This document shows, in pieces, positions 1 to 14,608 of a DNA stretch of 64,000 nt; the first letter of the stretch is position 1, and the number at the start of each line of letters is the position of its first letter. The notes under the pieces were generated by a model that saw only the letters and a list, made by a program, of their open reading frames with translations, had not been told where the DNA came from and did not search any database. The stretch is from contig OX597828.1 in the NCBI GenBank assembly GCA_951406725.2, positions 63,674,001 to 63,738,000 on the forward strand, given 5' to 3'. A program made the translations under genes and the position numbers. The stretch comes from Octopus vulgaris (taxonomy: Eukaryota).

Positions 1-163
1 AGATACATATACAAATATATGTACATACATCTATATACATACATACATAAACAAACACATATATATACATATACATAGATAGATAGATGTATATGTATGC
101 ATGTATATATATGTATATATATAGAGAGAGATACATATATATATATATACACACACATACATA

Positions 164-212
<49 letters not shown>

Positions 213-889
213 TTATACATACATATATATATGTATACCACAATCCATACACATACACGCACACACACACACAAGCATATATACTAACCTAATCGAAACA
301 AACATCCACTTTTCTCTCACACTGAGGTATACACACCCACCGGGCGTATTCCAGCCATCACCGATGATTCGATCCCGTTGTCATCGTAATCCCTATCCAC
401 CCAACCCACTGCCCCTCTAACGCTCCACCCCATCCATATACCCCGTACACCTTGGGACAGAACAACTGGCCACGTCCAGCACACGCAACACTGCACAACC
501 CGCATCCATCTTTGGTTTTATCGTTGCAATCATCGTCATCGTCGTCTCCTGCTGTTGTTGTTGTTCTTGTTAGTGGTGGTCGTATGGTCGTCATCATTAT
601 AGCTATCGACGTCGTCGTCGTCGTCGTCATCATCATCATCACCATCATTAATGTCTCTATTATTATCAACAGCAGCAGCATCGTCCTCATCATCATCATT
701 ATCATCCCCCACACCACCACCACCATCATCACCACCATCACCACCACCATCATTTTCGTCAACGTCTCCATTATCATCACCTTCATCTCTCATCAAGGTT
801 TATTTGCATTGCGAGATTAAAAGCATGAATATAAAAGGTATGTTGACCCCCACCAACCCACCCACCCGCACACTCGCACACTCTTTCTT

Positions 890-922
<33 letters not shown>

Positions 923-1711
923 GATACACACTCTTAAATTGTTCATGTTTTGCAAACGTTTTGGTTTGAAATATTGTATATTAAAATAAACTATTTTCGT
1001 CATTATTACGAAAGACGTTAATTAAAATCCGATTCTTAATTGAAATTTAATTATAAATTCCACAATCAGTGTAAAATGGAATATATTCTCTCCTACACAA
1101 AAGATCACACCAACAGATCAATTAAATCGATGATGTGGCATTTCATCGCTTCTACGATCTGAGTTCGATTTTTGCCCTTCATTCTTTCAAGTTCGGTAAA
1201 ATAGTAGCAGCCGAGCGCTGGGTCCCATGTAATCGACTAGAATTCTCTCCCGAACTTTCAGGCCTTTAGCAGAGAGACGAGTTTTCCTTTCTGGATGGTA
1301 GCATGCAGGCAGAATGCTTCGTGGCTTTTCTTCCTGAGTTTTCATTTCTATATATCGAAGGGTTTGATGTCCTTGTGGTTTTTTTTTATCGTGAAGAGTC
1401 AAACAACTTACGTGGCCTGATGAACGTGACCACATTGGACTTCAAAATGGATCATCTTGACGAAATTGGGATCTATTTCTGACTGTATCTTTGTCTTGCC
1501 TACTCGCCTGTCTGTCTGCTTGCCTGTCTGCTTGCCTGCCTGCCTGCTGGGTTTCCGTCTCAAAACCACATCCAATATTAGGATTCTTTAACAGCATCTC
1601 TCAGTGAAAGCTATCTGCAGGGCCCTATTTTTTGTATTATGGATCAACCCTAACCAACGTGTACAAAGGAATACAAGTGATAAATCCACCACCACCACCA
1701 CTACCAGGCAG

Positions 1712-1795
1712 ATGCAAAGTGTTCTTATGGATAAAGATTACCTGGAATCCTTTAACAAACATCAAAGAACATCCACACCTCCAGCGGCGGCGGAG
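1712..1795 (+). CDS. Candidate alternative first coding exon (MQSVLMDKDYLESFNKHQRTSTPPAAAE), ends in phase 0
   Basis: ATG at 1712 and 28 open codons in unique non-repeat sequence, ending at GAG|GTGATT (donor-like). No homology recognised. Confidence 0.25.
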
Positions 1796-2252
1796 GTGAT
1801 TGTAAAATCACAACGTGTCCGATATGTTTCTCTGTGGCAAATTAAATACATGACGATTACGTTACCTAGCTATTTCATCATTTGTTTATTTCGTCACAAA
1901 GTAATTAATTATGTCATGTTAATTGCCTGACATGTAATTTGATCTTTCAGCAATTTCCATCGCAAGATATAACACCGCGTGTTATTTACATCAGCGGAAA
2001 AATTTATTGAGATGTTAAAATACATCGTCGATAAATTCATCACCATGTTTTTTTAACTACAAACTCCTTACATCGATAAACATTACTTGAAGTTTTTTTT
2101 TATATTTATCAAAATAGGTACGTCATCTTTCACTTTATATCATCGTCAGATTTATTATCCACATACTACATACATCGATATACACTATCTAAAATATTTT
2201 TATTCACAAGGAATAAAGCAAGCGGTGTGTTTCATTAACAATAAAAAGGTTA

Positions 2253-2650
2253 AACGGCGAGCTGGCAGAACCGTTAGCACGCCGGCGAAATATTAGCGGT
2301 ATTTCGTCTGCCGTTACGTCCGAGGTCGACTTTGCCTTTCACCTTTTCGGGGTCGATTAAATAAGTACTAGTTACGCACTGGGGTCGATATAATCGACTT
2401 AATCCGTTTGTTTGTCCTTGTTTGTCCTCTCTGTGTTTAGTCCCTTGTGGGTAGTAAAGAAATAGGTATTTTATTTGCCGTTACGTTGAGTTCAAATTCC
2501 GCCGATGTCGACTTTGCTTTTCATCCTTTCAGGGTCGATTAAATAAGTACCAGTTAGCACTGGGGGCGATGTAATCGACTTAATCTCTTTGTCTTTCCTT
2601 GTTAGTCCCCTCTATGTTTAGCCACACCTCCACCCGTGAGCAATAAGGAA
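2253..2650 (+). mobile_element. tRNA-derived SINE family A, head plus tandem second unit
   Basis: GGCGAGCTGGCAGAA head; central GTCGACTTTGCCTTTCA...GGGGTCGATTAAATAAGTAC block present twice. Many copies in the window. Confidence 0.85.
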
Positions 2651-2971
2651 ATAAAAAGGTTAAATAAAGACTACAAAAAATATTTAAATTTATTTAAACA
2701 AAACTAAATACAAGCCGCGAAGAGATAAAACTCTTTTAATGAGAAGAAAAATTTTTTTAAGGGATTTTGATATTTGTTGCAGTGAATTCTCGGCGTCGTA
2801 GTCTTCATGTTTCTTTATTGCGATATGGAATTCTATATCTCTGATGTATCGCTTGGTTAGTTTTATGATTATAACGTTTACAAGGTTTCTAAATGTCTCC
2901 AGATCAGAATGGAATGGAAATTTCATCCATGAATGTTTATTTTTATTTCCCTTTTATTATCAATACAGCTT

Positions 2972-3205
2972 AAGGTGACGAGCCAGCAGAATCGTTAGAG
3001 CATCGGAAAGGATACTTTGCAGCATTAGTTCCGGCTCTTTAAGTTCTGAGTTCAATCCTCACCGGGGACAACTTTACCTTTCATCCTTTTGGAGCACTTG
3101 CAAGAAAGGCACCAATTCAGGGCGGCTGAATGGCGGAATCGTTAGAGCATCAGTCGAGATACCTTGCGGTATCTGTTTCTACTCTATGTATCCTGAATTA
3201 AACCC
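2972..3205 (+). mobile_element. Two degenerate SINE family A copies
   Basis: GGTGACGAGCCAGCAGAATCGTTAGAGCATCGG and GGCGGCTGAATGGCGGAATCGTTAGAGCATCAG heads; GAGTTCAA B-box-like motif in the first. Confidence 0.65.
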
Positions 3206-3799
3206 CACCTCATCATCGAGAAACAGTGACACCACTGAGAGGAGTTGCCGCAGAGAGTATCAGTAATTAAGAAGAAAAAAATGAAAAAAAAATAGTTTCG
3301 TTATTTTCATCGGAAGATGTATTTACTCTGTGAATAAAATCATGGTGCGTCTGCTGGCGATGAAACTGTGAACGCAGTATTGAGTAGCGAGGAAATTGTA
3401 GTCAATGAATTTGCTGTAAGCGATGAAACTTCTTGCTTTGAATTCACACCGAACACGAAGAGAATTTAGGGAGAGAATAAATGAAATTACTCACTCGATC
3501 TGCTCTGGCAAAATTCTTGAAAAATCGGCCAGCACACTTATATATGTGTATATAACTATTGTTAACTGCCTTAACAGCAATGAGTTCGTTTGTTTCCTGG
3601 TTTACGTGATGTCTCACATGACATGTAATAAATGTGGTCAACCCTACAGTGTAATCTGCGGTCAAAAACTGCACATGCGCGTTAAAGAATAATTCATAAA
3701 ATTGCTTCTTGTTGGAAAATATCCGGAGAGAGAAAGAGAAAGGAAGAGGAAGAGAAAGAGAGAAGGAGAAAAGAATAGACGAGAGAGAGAGAGAGAGAG

Positions 3800-3845
<46 letters not shown>

Positions 3846-4071
3846 TGAGAGGGGGGAATCGTCTTAACAAGACTATCAAGTGACTATCAATGCCACAAAT
3901 TGGGATATTGGAAATTTGAGGATTAAGGTTGTTATTCTTATTAAGTAATTAATCCGTACATCGACGATAGATAAGAGCTGCGTGACATTAATTGGCTTAC
4001 AACACAACGCTGCCAATCTGCGCCTTAAAACATTCTATGGACACTTGATTCAAATGTAAACAAATCATTTG

Positions 4072-4155
<84 letters not shown>

Positions 4156-4315
4156 GTGTGTGTATGTTTGAAAACTCTTACATTCCCAACGAATATCATG
4201 TCTTTCCTTTGATTAATATATTCTCTTTCAATCTTTCGAGAAGTTTATCTTTCAACTAATATATTTTCGTCGACTGTGTTTTCGACGAATGGTTCTAAAC
4301 GCTCACGCAGGCACA

Positions 4316-4356
<41 letters not shown>

Positions 4357-4426
4357 ACACACACACAAACACACACACATGCATGCATACACAGGCTCAT
4401 ATATGTGCGTATGTACAAAGAAATGC

Positions 4427-4461
<35 letters not shown>

Positions 4462-4620
4462 AGGCACAGGAGCGGTTGTATGGTAAGTAGCTTGCTTATC
4501 AACCACATGGTTCAGTTCCATTGCGTGGCACCTTGGGCAAGTGTCTTATACCATGTCACCGGGCCGACCAAGCCTTGTGAATGGATTTGGTAGACGGAAA
4601 CTGGAAGAAACCCGTCGTAT
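4462..4620 (+). mobile_element. tRNA-derived SINE family B, 5' half
   Basis: GGCACAGGAG...GGTAAGTAGCTTGCTT...CCACATGGTTCAG...GCGTGGCACCTTGGGCAAGTGTCTT...GTAGACGGAAACTG, matching the copies at 9.4, 18.1, 19.9 and 22.2 kb. Confidence 0.85.
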
Positions 4621-4622
4621 AA

Positions 4623-4765
<143 letters not shown>

Positions 4766-4819
4766 ATTATTTACATTATCTTTATTTGACGGAAATTTGT
4801 CCTCATCATGTTTGCTGTT

Positions 4820-4865
4820 AACAAAACATTTCGGCTGGTATACCCTCCAGCCTTCATCAGGTGTC
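4820..4865 (-). ncRNA. Minimal type I hammerhead ribozyme motif
   Basis: Minus strand reads GACAC CUGAUGA A GGCUGG-agggUAUA-CCAGCC GAAA UGUU UUGUU: intact CUGANGA/GAAA core and a 6-bp stem II. Confidence 0.75.
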
Positions 4866-4992
4866 TTGGAATTTTTTCAAACCTGGGTTCTCATTCCTAA
4901 GATATTTTTCGATGTTGTTGTTTTTATTATTATTATTATTATTATTGTTGTTGTTATTGTTGTTGTTGTTGTTGTTATTGGTATTATTATTG

Positions 4993-5067
<75 letters not shown>

Positions 5068-5236
5068 TCACTATCTGGAATTGAACGCGCCCAAGATTCC
5101 GAGTTCGATTCCAGGCAGTGATCTGAATAATAATAATAATAATAACAATAATAACAATAATAACAACAACAACAACAACAACAACAACAATAATAATAAT
5201 AATAACAATAATAACAACAACAACAACAACAACAAC

Positions 5237-5268
<32 letters not shown>

Positions 5269-5335
5269 CAATAATAATAATAACGACATCGAAAAATACC
5301 TTAAGAATGAGAACTCAGGTTTGAAAAATTCCCAA

Positions 5336-5381
5336 GACACCTGATGAAGGCTGGAGGGTATACCAGCCGAAATGTTTTGTT
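5336..5381 (+). ncRNA. Minimal type I hammerhead ribozyme motif
   Basis: GACAC CTGATGA A GGCTGG AGGGTATA CCAGCC GAAA TGTT TTGTT, identical to the motif in the minus arm. Confidence 0.75.
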
Positions 5382-5621
5382 AACAACAAACAAGATGAGA
5401 ACAAAATTCCTCATCTCTTAAATTTAGAACTGTATTATATATATATATTTGCGCGCGCGTGTATGCGTGCGCGCAAATATACACATACATACACTCATAT
5501 GTATGTCTGTATGTGTTTGTGTGTGTATGTAACCATTGTTAAAAGTGTAAATTCTTCATAAGTTACTCTGGGGCTCGCATTTTCGGGTATGAACCTTGAG
5601 AAACTCATACATGTACATTGG

Positions 5622-5687
<66 letters not shown>

Positions 5688-5848
5688 ACACACACACACG
5701 CTTGTAGACACACGCCCACACACTCGCATTGCAAAGGTTGCATATCAACAAAAGATACACGGGTGTATATATGTATATACAGGTGTACGCAGATATACAT
5801 ACATATACATATACACACAATAGAGACGCAAGCGCACACGCACACTCG

Positions 5849-5923
<75 letters not shown>

Positions 5924-6709
5924 ACAAAGGTATACACGCACACACAGATACACACGGCATCTACAGATAAATATGGATTATACGTCTTCGCATAAACTGC
6001 ACGTTAACGGTAATCCTACGTTGCAGTCACATTACACAGCCGTATATGTACACACACACACACACATATATATAATCACAAATTCACACACACAAATATA
6101 TATACGTAGATTCCGACATATACACACATACACATACGTACGTGTTTGTGTTGTTGCATGTGTGCGTGCCTCTATGCGTGTGTACGTAAAAATGCTATCT
6201 CTAGCGTGACTCTTCCAAGACAGGCTTCACCATTCGTCAGCAGCCAAACCTCACTGAAAACAAAGACACCCCATCACACCTTCGCCACTCTCTCTCTATC
6301 CATCTGTCTATCTATTTAGCAGTCTGTCTCTTTTTCTCTATCTCTTTCTACCCATTCCTCTCTCTGTCTCTTTCTCTTTCTTACTATGTCTCTCTCTCTC
6401 TCTCCCTCTCTCTATTTCTCAATAGCTGCCTCTTTCAATGAATATTCTTGTCTGTCTCTCAGTTCTCTTCTTTTAAGCCTATCTCTCTGTTTTGTCAGTC
6501 TCTCTCTCTCTCTCTCGCTTTCCTTTCCTCTCTCTGAGTGTGTGTGAAACCTACACTGTCTGCATGTGTGTGAGTATGTGTGAATGAGTTGTGTTGTTTA
6601 GTTACTCTGTGAAAAAGATCTTCCCTTCTCTCTAACTTTTTGCATGATTGTTCGCACCACTCTGTCATCCATCCATCCATCCATCCATCCATCCATCCAT
6701 CCACCCACC

Positions 6710-6898
6710 CACCCATCAGCATCGGTTGTCAAGTGATGTTGGGGGCAAACAGAGACACACATGCACACACACACACGACGGGCTTCTTTCAGTTTCCCTC
6801 TACCAAATCCACTCCCAAGGCTTTGGTCGGCCCGAAGACACTTGCGTAAGGTGCTACGCAGTGGGACTGAACTCGGAGCCATGTGGTTGGTAAACAAG

Positions 6899-6937
<39 letters not shown>

Positions 6938-7160
6938 CTTAAATGCGTCGTGTCTTTGTGTCGGCGTTTGTCCTCCCCCCTATCGCTTGACAACTGGTGT
7001 TGTTGTGGTTACGTCCCCGTAACCTTGCGGTTCGACAAAAGAAAACCGATAGAATAAGTACCAGGCTTAAGAAAAATAAGTTCTGGAGTCGACTAAAATA
7101 TGCTTCAATGCTGTGCCCCAGCATGGCCGTAGTCTAATGACTGAAAGTAGTAAAAGATAG
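6710..7160. mobile_element. SINE family B fragments in opposite orientations around a (TA)n tract
   Basis: 6710-6900 is the reverse complement of the family B 5' and middle portion. 6945-7160 is the family B 3' half (CGCTTGACAAC...CAGCATGGCCG...AATGACTGAAA). Confidence 0.8.
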
Positions 7161-7495
7161 AACAAAAACAAAACAAATTTTCACTTTTCATCCTGACGGA
7201 GTCAATGCCCCACCCCCGTCACACACACAAACAGAACACCCATTAACCGAAGGCATTGGATTGGCGGGTATGGGTGGGGAGAGACTGTAAGAACGCCAGA
7301 GAGGATGTCATACGATATTCATTCTGGATCTTTGAATTCTGAGTTCAAATCCTGCTATGGTCAGCGAGTAGGAGAGTTCACTCTTCGTCCGGTTGAACAT
7401 AACCAAGTCACACTTTGTTTGCCTTCACCAGAGTTCACATTGGTGTCTGTATTTGCCTCACGCCTCGAGGAAAATGCCTTCGAAAGGGCTATATG

Positions 7496-7575
<80 letters not shown>

Positions 7576-7780
7576 CCTTTCTAGTATAGGCACAAGGCCT
7601 GAAATTTGGATGAGGGGGATAGTCGGTTACATTGACCCTAGTGTTTTACTGGTACTTAATTAATGCCGAAAGGATGAAAGGCAAAGTCGACTTCTGCGGA
7701 ATTTGAACCCAGAACATGAAGACGGACAAAATACCGCTAAGCAGTTCGCCAGGCGTGCTAACGATTCTGCCAGCTCACCG
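7576..7780 (-). mobile_element. SINE family A
   Basis: Reverse complement contains the GGTGAGCTGGCAGAATCGTTAGCACGCC head and GTCGACTTTGCCTTTCATCCTTTCGG. The 3' end abuts (AAT)n at 7497-7575. Confidence 0.85.
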
Positions 7781-7792
7781 AATAATAATAAT

Positions 7793-8879
7793 TTGTTGAC
7801 GATGTATGGAGCCCACCATCTGAAAGCTGATATCAACCGGGTGTACTTGAGGAGAGACCAGGGTAGAAGAGACTTAGTAGCAATAGGAGAATGTGTACAG
7901 ATGGCAAGAAAAAGTCTAGAAGAGTATTTACAGAGCAACAAAGAAAAAAATACTAAAGATAGTTAAGATAGAACAGGTGATGAAGCACGGAATAGGAGGG
8001 AAGGACATGAATGTAATACAAAGAGAGCACGTCAGAGAGATCTGGAGAGCATCTGAAGACGGATGTGGAACAAAATCCTGGGTTTGCTGAAAAAAGCGGC
8101 AATTAAAGAAATGAAACAAAAAACCTAATTGTAGCAGCCTAAGATCAAGCGATAAAGATCAACAACTTGAGAAAAAATATATATGGAGAGAATGTGTCAG
8201 AAAAATGTTGAGCCTGTAGAACTTGGAACGAGACAATGGCACACACTGCGGCAGAATGCCCAAATTGGCGCAGGAAGAATATAAGAAATGGAAGCACGAC
8301 AGGTTGTAAATGTTTTACGCTGGAAACTGTACCAGAAATGGGGATTTGAAACTGGAAACACATGGTACAATCATTGAGTCGAAAGAGCGCTAAAGTCAGA
8401 GAAATGTAAGATTTTGTGGGACTTCCCTATTCAAACGGACAAGAAGTTAGAAAATAATAAACCAGATATTACAATCATAGATAATGAAAAGCGAAGCTGC
8501 TTAATTATCGACCCATCATGCCCGTTTGACTCCAGGATCGTAAAGAAAGTGGAAGAAAAAGAAAAAAAATATAATCCCTTATACTTTGAAATAGAAAGAA
8601 CTTGGGACACGAGAACTGTAAAGGTCGTTCCTATAATAATTGGTTGGTTGGAAAGAGTAAGCAAAGGCAGAGACAAATGGCTGAAGGAGATTCAAATAGA
8701 ACGTCCGGTAGAGTTCCTCGTGAAATTTTGCCTCTTAGGGAGAGCAAGGATTATCAGGAGGGTCCTAAGCATTTGAAAGACTGCCGAAAACTTGTGGATA
8801 TCTAAGGTTATAGGTAGTAACCCACTACCCTCATAAACCCTACTAGGAATAAGACCAAACCTGAGCTTTGTTTTTTATG

Positions 8880-8880
<1 letters not shown>
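7793..8880 (+). mobile_element. 5'-truncated, decayed R4/Dong-clade non-LTR retrotransposon (post-RT region, CCHC knuckle, restriction-like endonuclease)
   Basis: LTMYGAHHLKADINRVYLRRDQGRR; C*AC-x8-H-x4-CP/LAQEEYKKWKHD; WDFPIQTDKKLENNKPDITIID...IIDPSCPFD...EKKY...VVPIIIG...LLGRARIIRRVL. Contains stops and frameshifts; flanked by (TAA)n. Confidence 0.9.
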
Positions 8881-8946
<66 letters not shown>

Positions 8947-9367
8947 TATTAATAATCGATTTTCTATATAATAATAAATGAATACATAGAAGCTAAATGT
9001 AAGCAGGAGAATTATTCATCGATCGGTTGGAAGGGGAACAGAAAGAAACGGATAAACCCCAGGGTCGACAGATCAGTTACATTAAAAGTAGCACAAAATT
9101 TTCAAACAATGTTGGATGAAAGTGAGTTAATGAGTTAAAGACCCTATAAAGGAATGAAAGAATATAAGTGAAGAATGGGAGAATAAGTTTAAGAATGAAT
9201 GAAACACTCGTGTTATGCATTGATGACAGAGAGAAAAGAAATAACGAAATGAATAAAAGAATGAAAGTTTGTACGGAATGAGGAATATGAAGAAGATTTT
9301 GGGAATAAAATGAATGAAAATTTAATAGAAGGTAAGAATGAAAGTAATAAAATGAATAAGGTCATTT

Positions 9368-9725
9368 AGGTGTAGGAGTGACTGTGTGGTAAGTAGCTTG
9401 CTTACCAACCACATGGTTCCGGGTTCAGTCCCACTGCGTGGCACCTTGGGCAAGTGTCTTCTACTATAGCCACGGGCCGACCAAAGCCTTGAGAGTGGAT
9501 CTGGTAGAATCCCGTCGTATATATGTGTTTGTGTGTCTGTGTTTGTCCTCCCAACATCGCTTGACAACCGATGGTGGAGTGTTTACGTCCCAGTAACTCA
9601 GCGGTTCGGCAAAAGAGACCGATAGAATAAGTACTAGGCTTACAAAGAATAAGTTCTGGGGTCGATTTGCTCCACTGAAAGGCGGTGCTCCAGCATGGCC
9701 GCAGTCAAATGACTGAAACAAGAGT
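9368..9725 (+). mobile_element. Near full-length SINE family B
   Basis: tRNA-like head (TGACTGTGTGGTAAG...GGTTCAGTCCC), GGCACCTTGGGCAAG body, internal TG microsatellite, 3' GCATGGCCGCAGTCAAATGACTGAAACAAG. Confidence 0.9.
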
Positions 9726-10035
9726 AAGTTTATGAATAAGTGGACAACTGAAAAAAAAATGTATGAAACAATAAAAAAGACCAAAAATACGAAAAATAAA
9801 ATATATAGAAAATGAAGGATTAGAGAATAAGAAGAATAAAGGAATAAAGGAATGAAAGAATGGAACTTAGTGCAAAGTTATCAAAAAGTTCTGAAGAGAG
9901 ATGAAAGATAGAGAGAGAGAGAACAGAGAGGGAGAGGAGAAAAGAATTAGAAAGAGTGAGTTTGAGGGAGAGAAAGAAAGAGAAAGAGGTAAATGAATTG
10001 ATAGATTAGAGCATAAATAGGTATGTAGAAAGATT

Positions 10036-10345
<310 letters not shown>

Positions 10346-10885
10346 TACGCAAGATAGACAGATAGGAAAAAATGTGAGAATCTTCGTGTGCGAATGAGGG
10401 AGAAAGAAAGAGAAATAAAAAGAGAAGGGGAAAGAAAAATAGAGACAGCGAGAAAAGGAGGAACAGCTGCGGGAGGAGGAGGTAGTAGAGAAGGAGTAGA
10501 GGAATGAGGAAGGAAAAGAGGCGAGGGAGAGAGAAAGAGAGAGAGAGAGATGTGAGGAAAGTTTCCCATCAGCACGTTTTTCTACCAATCTAAAGAATGG
10601 GTTGGACAAAACAACAACAAAACTAACTACTACTACTGCTGCTACTACTACTGCTGCTGCTGCAACTGCAACTGCTGCTACGACTGCTGCTGCAGCTGGT
10701 GCGGTCGAGCAATCCGTCAAAATGTGTTTTACTACGGAATAATACAACCAGAGTATTCGTGTAGAGGGAACCCGCCTTCCAGCTTCCACTCAGCTGAGGG
10801 ACGGCCACCGAGTGGAACGGCTGCTGCTGCTGCTGCTACTACTACCACCACCACCACCACCACCACCACCACCACCACCACCACC

Positions 10886-10923
<38 letters not shown>

Positions 10924-11304
10924 AAGAAGCCCCTACCTGGTCAATTCACGAAAAATATCGGCCAAATCTGCCTCCCGGATATTGTCTTGAAAAAACACAA
11001 CGATGTAAACCAACGTATAATCATTGAAAGGACGAGATGGTCGTAGTTGGAACCCCGCTGATCATAGATCAGCTTGATCAGGGCTGACCTTGGGCCAAAC
11101 AACAGCAACAAGAATAAAAACAGTAACTGCTACAACCAAAACGACAGCAACATGTGCGACCACCATCACCACCAACAACAACAGCAACACCAACAGCCCC
11201 ATCACCACCTCTACCTCCATTACTGTTACGCCTACTACTACAGCAAATAACAACAGTAGCGTGGTCTGCAAGACTAACAAGTGGAACTACTACTACTACT
11301 ACTG

Positions 11305-11344
<40 letters not shown>

Positions 11345-11388
11345 CGCCGCCGCCGCCATGGCCACGGCCATGCGACAACCCTTAAAAC

Positions 11389-11434
11389 ATGTGGACAGAA
11401 CAAGGAATCGGCAGAAAAATGAATGGTGCTTATA
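11389..11434 (+). CDS. Candidate upstream coding exon (MWTEQGIGRKMNGAY + 1 nt), phase 1
   Basis: Ends at A|GTACGT after a long trinucleotide-rich unique block (10.56-11.43 kb). The phase matches the acceptor at 15648 (would read ...NGAY-N-WIMPRLP). The -1 position of the donor is weak. Confidence 0.25.
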
Positions 11435-11957
11435 GTACGTTAACCATATATATTTATATCTGCCTGTTTGTTTGTTTGTTTGTGTGCGTGTGTGTGTGTG
11501 GACTAATTCATATATATATGTGTTTGTGTGTATATCTATATATGTGTGTGTGTGTGTGTATTATACATATAAAACCGTTACAATGTTTATTAGAAACACG
11601 CGCTCCAAGGTGCACACGTCCACTTCTTCCATATCTTACGCTGTTCCATACATTTATTCACAACAAACATAAACTACGGTTCCACGGACTTTCCCTCTCC
11701 TCTCTCTTTCTTCTTTCCACGCTCTGTCTCCGTCTCCGTCTCTCTCTCTCTCCACACACACACACACACACACTGTTTATATGCACTCATGTTGAAAGTT
11801 TATTACAAATACTTAAAATAGCGATATATATATATATATATACGCACACACATATACAAACTTGTCCGTTTATTGTGGTCATTTACAACTATAAAGTGTA
11901 TATATCGATGTATGAGCGGATATGGTGTGTGTCTGAGTGCGTATTATGCATGCGTGC

Positions 11958-11995
<38 letters not shown>

Positions 11996-12277
11996 ATTCG
12001 AACCCATACATATAGGTGTTGTATTTACATACGCTTATAAATAACAATACGGAAACACACACACGTACACACACATGCACGCACACACACAAACAGCACA
12101 TACACACACAGACAAATAAACACACACACACACACATTGCATGCATGTAAACATGTCGATTCCGTCTGTCACTACGACCAGCCTATTCCATCGTTCAAGC
12201 ACGTGCGTGAAAACTAAATAAGACACCCACAAGCGCACACACGCATACATAAATTTATGTTAACTAACGAAGAAAAG

Positions 12278-12324
<47 letters not shown>

Positions 12325-12333
12325 CCGTTGTTG

Positions 12334-12367
<34 letters not shown>

Positions 12368-12640
12368 ACACATAAACATACGCTCTCCGACACACACACT
12401 TTACATGTATAAAATGTTGTCATCTTTTATTAGTCTCCAGGCTGGAGAATAGTGGAACGAAACTATAGGCTCTTCAGCAACTATTATTCCGTTTTAGGTA
12501 CTGAGTTCTCTTTACAATTCTGTCTGTCTACCTCTCCCTCTCTCTCACTCACTCTCTGTCCCTCTCTTTCTCTAACTTGGTAGCTAGCTTGCTGTTTTAC
12601 ATTACATAAATATATGCACCTACATTCTATCTATCCATCC

Positions 12641-12727
<87 letters not shown>

Positions 12728-12733
12728 CATCCG

Positions 12734-12796
<63 letters not shown>

Positions 12797-12931
12797 GTCC
12801 CTCTGTCTATCTGTCTATATATAATACACATGCACATATATATATGTGTGTGTGTGTATAATCAAATATTTGTATATATATATATTACTGTTATGTATCA
12901 ATATATATATATATGTATATACGAAAATATT

Positions 12932-12989
<58 letters not shown>

Positions 12990-13315
12990 TATATATATAT
13001 GTATATGTATGTATATATACATACACACATATATGTATATGTATATACACATATATATAATCCGCGCGCGAACAAACACACATTCACACTCACACACACA
13101 CATTCAAAATGTTCTGCACATCACTAAATCTGGTTGCCTTCAATAATCATTCGAAGAAAATGCCATTTCTTGCTCCGATCCATTTTTTCATTAAAATCCC
13201 TCAAGACTGGACTTCGCTTCTGTCAACCACAAAATCTCATGGATTTCTAACCATTAACCATCGTTGGTAGCGGAGATCTTCACCTGTTCCTACGGAAACC
13301 AAATTTTGACTCTGC

Positions 13316-13414
<99 letters not shown>

Positions 13415-13965
13415 TGTTTATCGATCTGTCTGTCTCTTTGAATACACTACGATAGATTTATGTAATATAGTGACAAGTGACAACACCGCTTATTATTATC
13501 ATGGTTAATGTTATTGAATTAAAATTAGTGGATCCTCGACAATGTTTTCAGCCGGTTCTTACTAACAGTTTGCCTTAAAGCGATCACAATAAGCGGCTTC
13601 TCCCCCCCCCCCCTGTGTGTCCGCTTATAACACTACCACACATACATATAGCCGCCACCCACTCACAGGCAGAGGAACACATTCACACCCATGCTCTTCC
13701 TTCCCTCCCTCCCTCTCACCCCCCCATCACCGTCTCCTTTACACACAATGTTACTCACACTCGCATACTTATTGGTGTCGCATTCGCGTGCGCGCACACA
13801 TACCCCCCCCCTTTGTGATAGTTTTAAGAGCTTCGGAAAAATAACTTCAAAAACTTCACACACACACACACACACACACACACGCTTACATACACACTTA
13901 CACATATACATACAAGCTGGCACACACACACACACACACACACACACACCAAGACTTATTTAATG

Positions 13966-14049
13966 AGGCGGGGGCGGGGGGCGTTGGCCGAGGCTGAAAA
14001 ACAGCGTCGTTAGTTACAGGTTTACCAATAATCAATCCTCCAATCAGTC
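13966..14049 (+). promoter_or_regulatory. Candidate Pol II promoter: tandem GC boxes, two CCAAT boxes, Inr-like TCAGTC
   Basis: GGCGGGGGCGGGGGGCG at 13967-13983, CCAAT at 14025 and 14040, TCAGTC at 14044. A donor-like AAG|GTATTG follows at 14317. Confidence 0.4.
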
Positions 14050-14567
14050 CCCGGTGACAGAGAAGTGTGTGGGACTTCGCAGGACTTCGTTTGAAAAGAA
14101 TCGGCTTTTCTTTTTTCAAAGCTTCTTGTTTACATTCTTCACTCTTTCACTCAGCGAATGATGGAAACATACACAACACACACACATACAGACACATAAA
14201 TACACATAAATACACGTATCTGCGTATACACACGTTCATAAATACACACACACAATTACAAGCGCGAAAGCGATCAGTTACTGCCGAAACCTATCTTCCA
14301 AATTTTATCGATCAAGGTATTGGCCACCACCACCACCACTCACTCTCTCTCTCCCCCTCTCTCTCTTTATCCCTTTTCCTCTCTCTCTCTCTCTTCTTTC
14401 TTACGTCCCTCTCCCTTTATTTAATTCTCTCCCACTGCAGATCCTTCTCCTCCTCCTCCTGATGTTGACATTAAAACAGCAAAATGTAAATATGGAGATA
14501 TATAACCTCCTCCACACCCCGCCGCTGCCGCCATTACCGCCGCCACACCCCCACTTTACTTTCTTCA

Positions 14568-14608
<41 letters not shown>

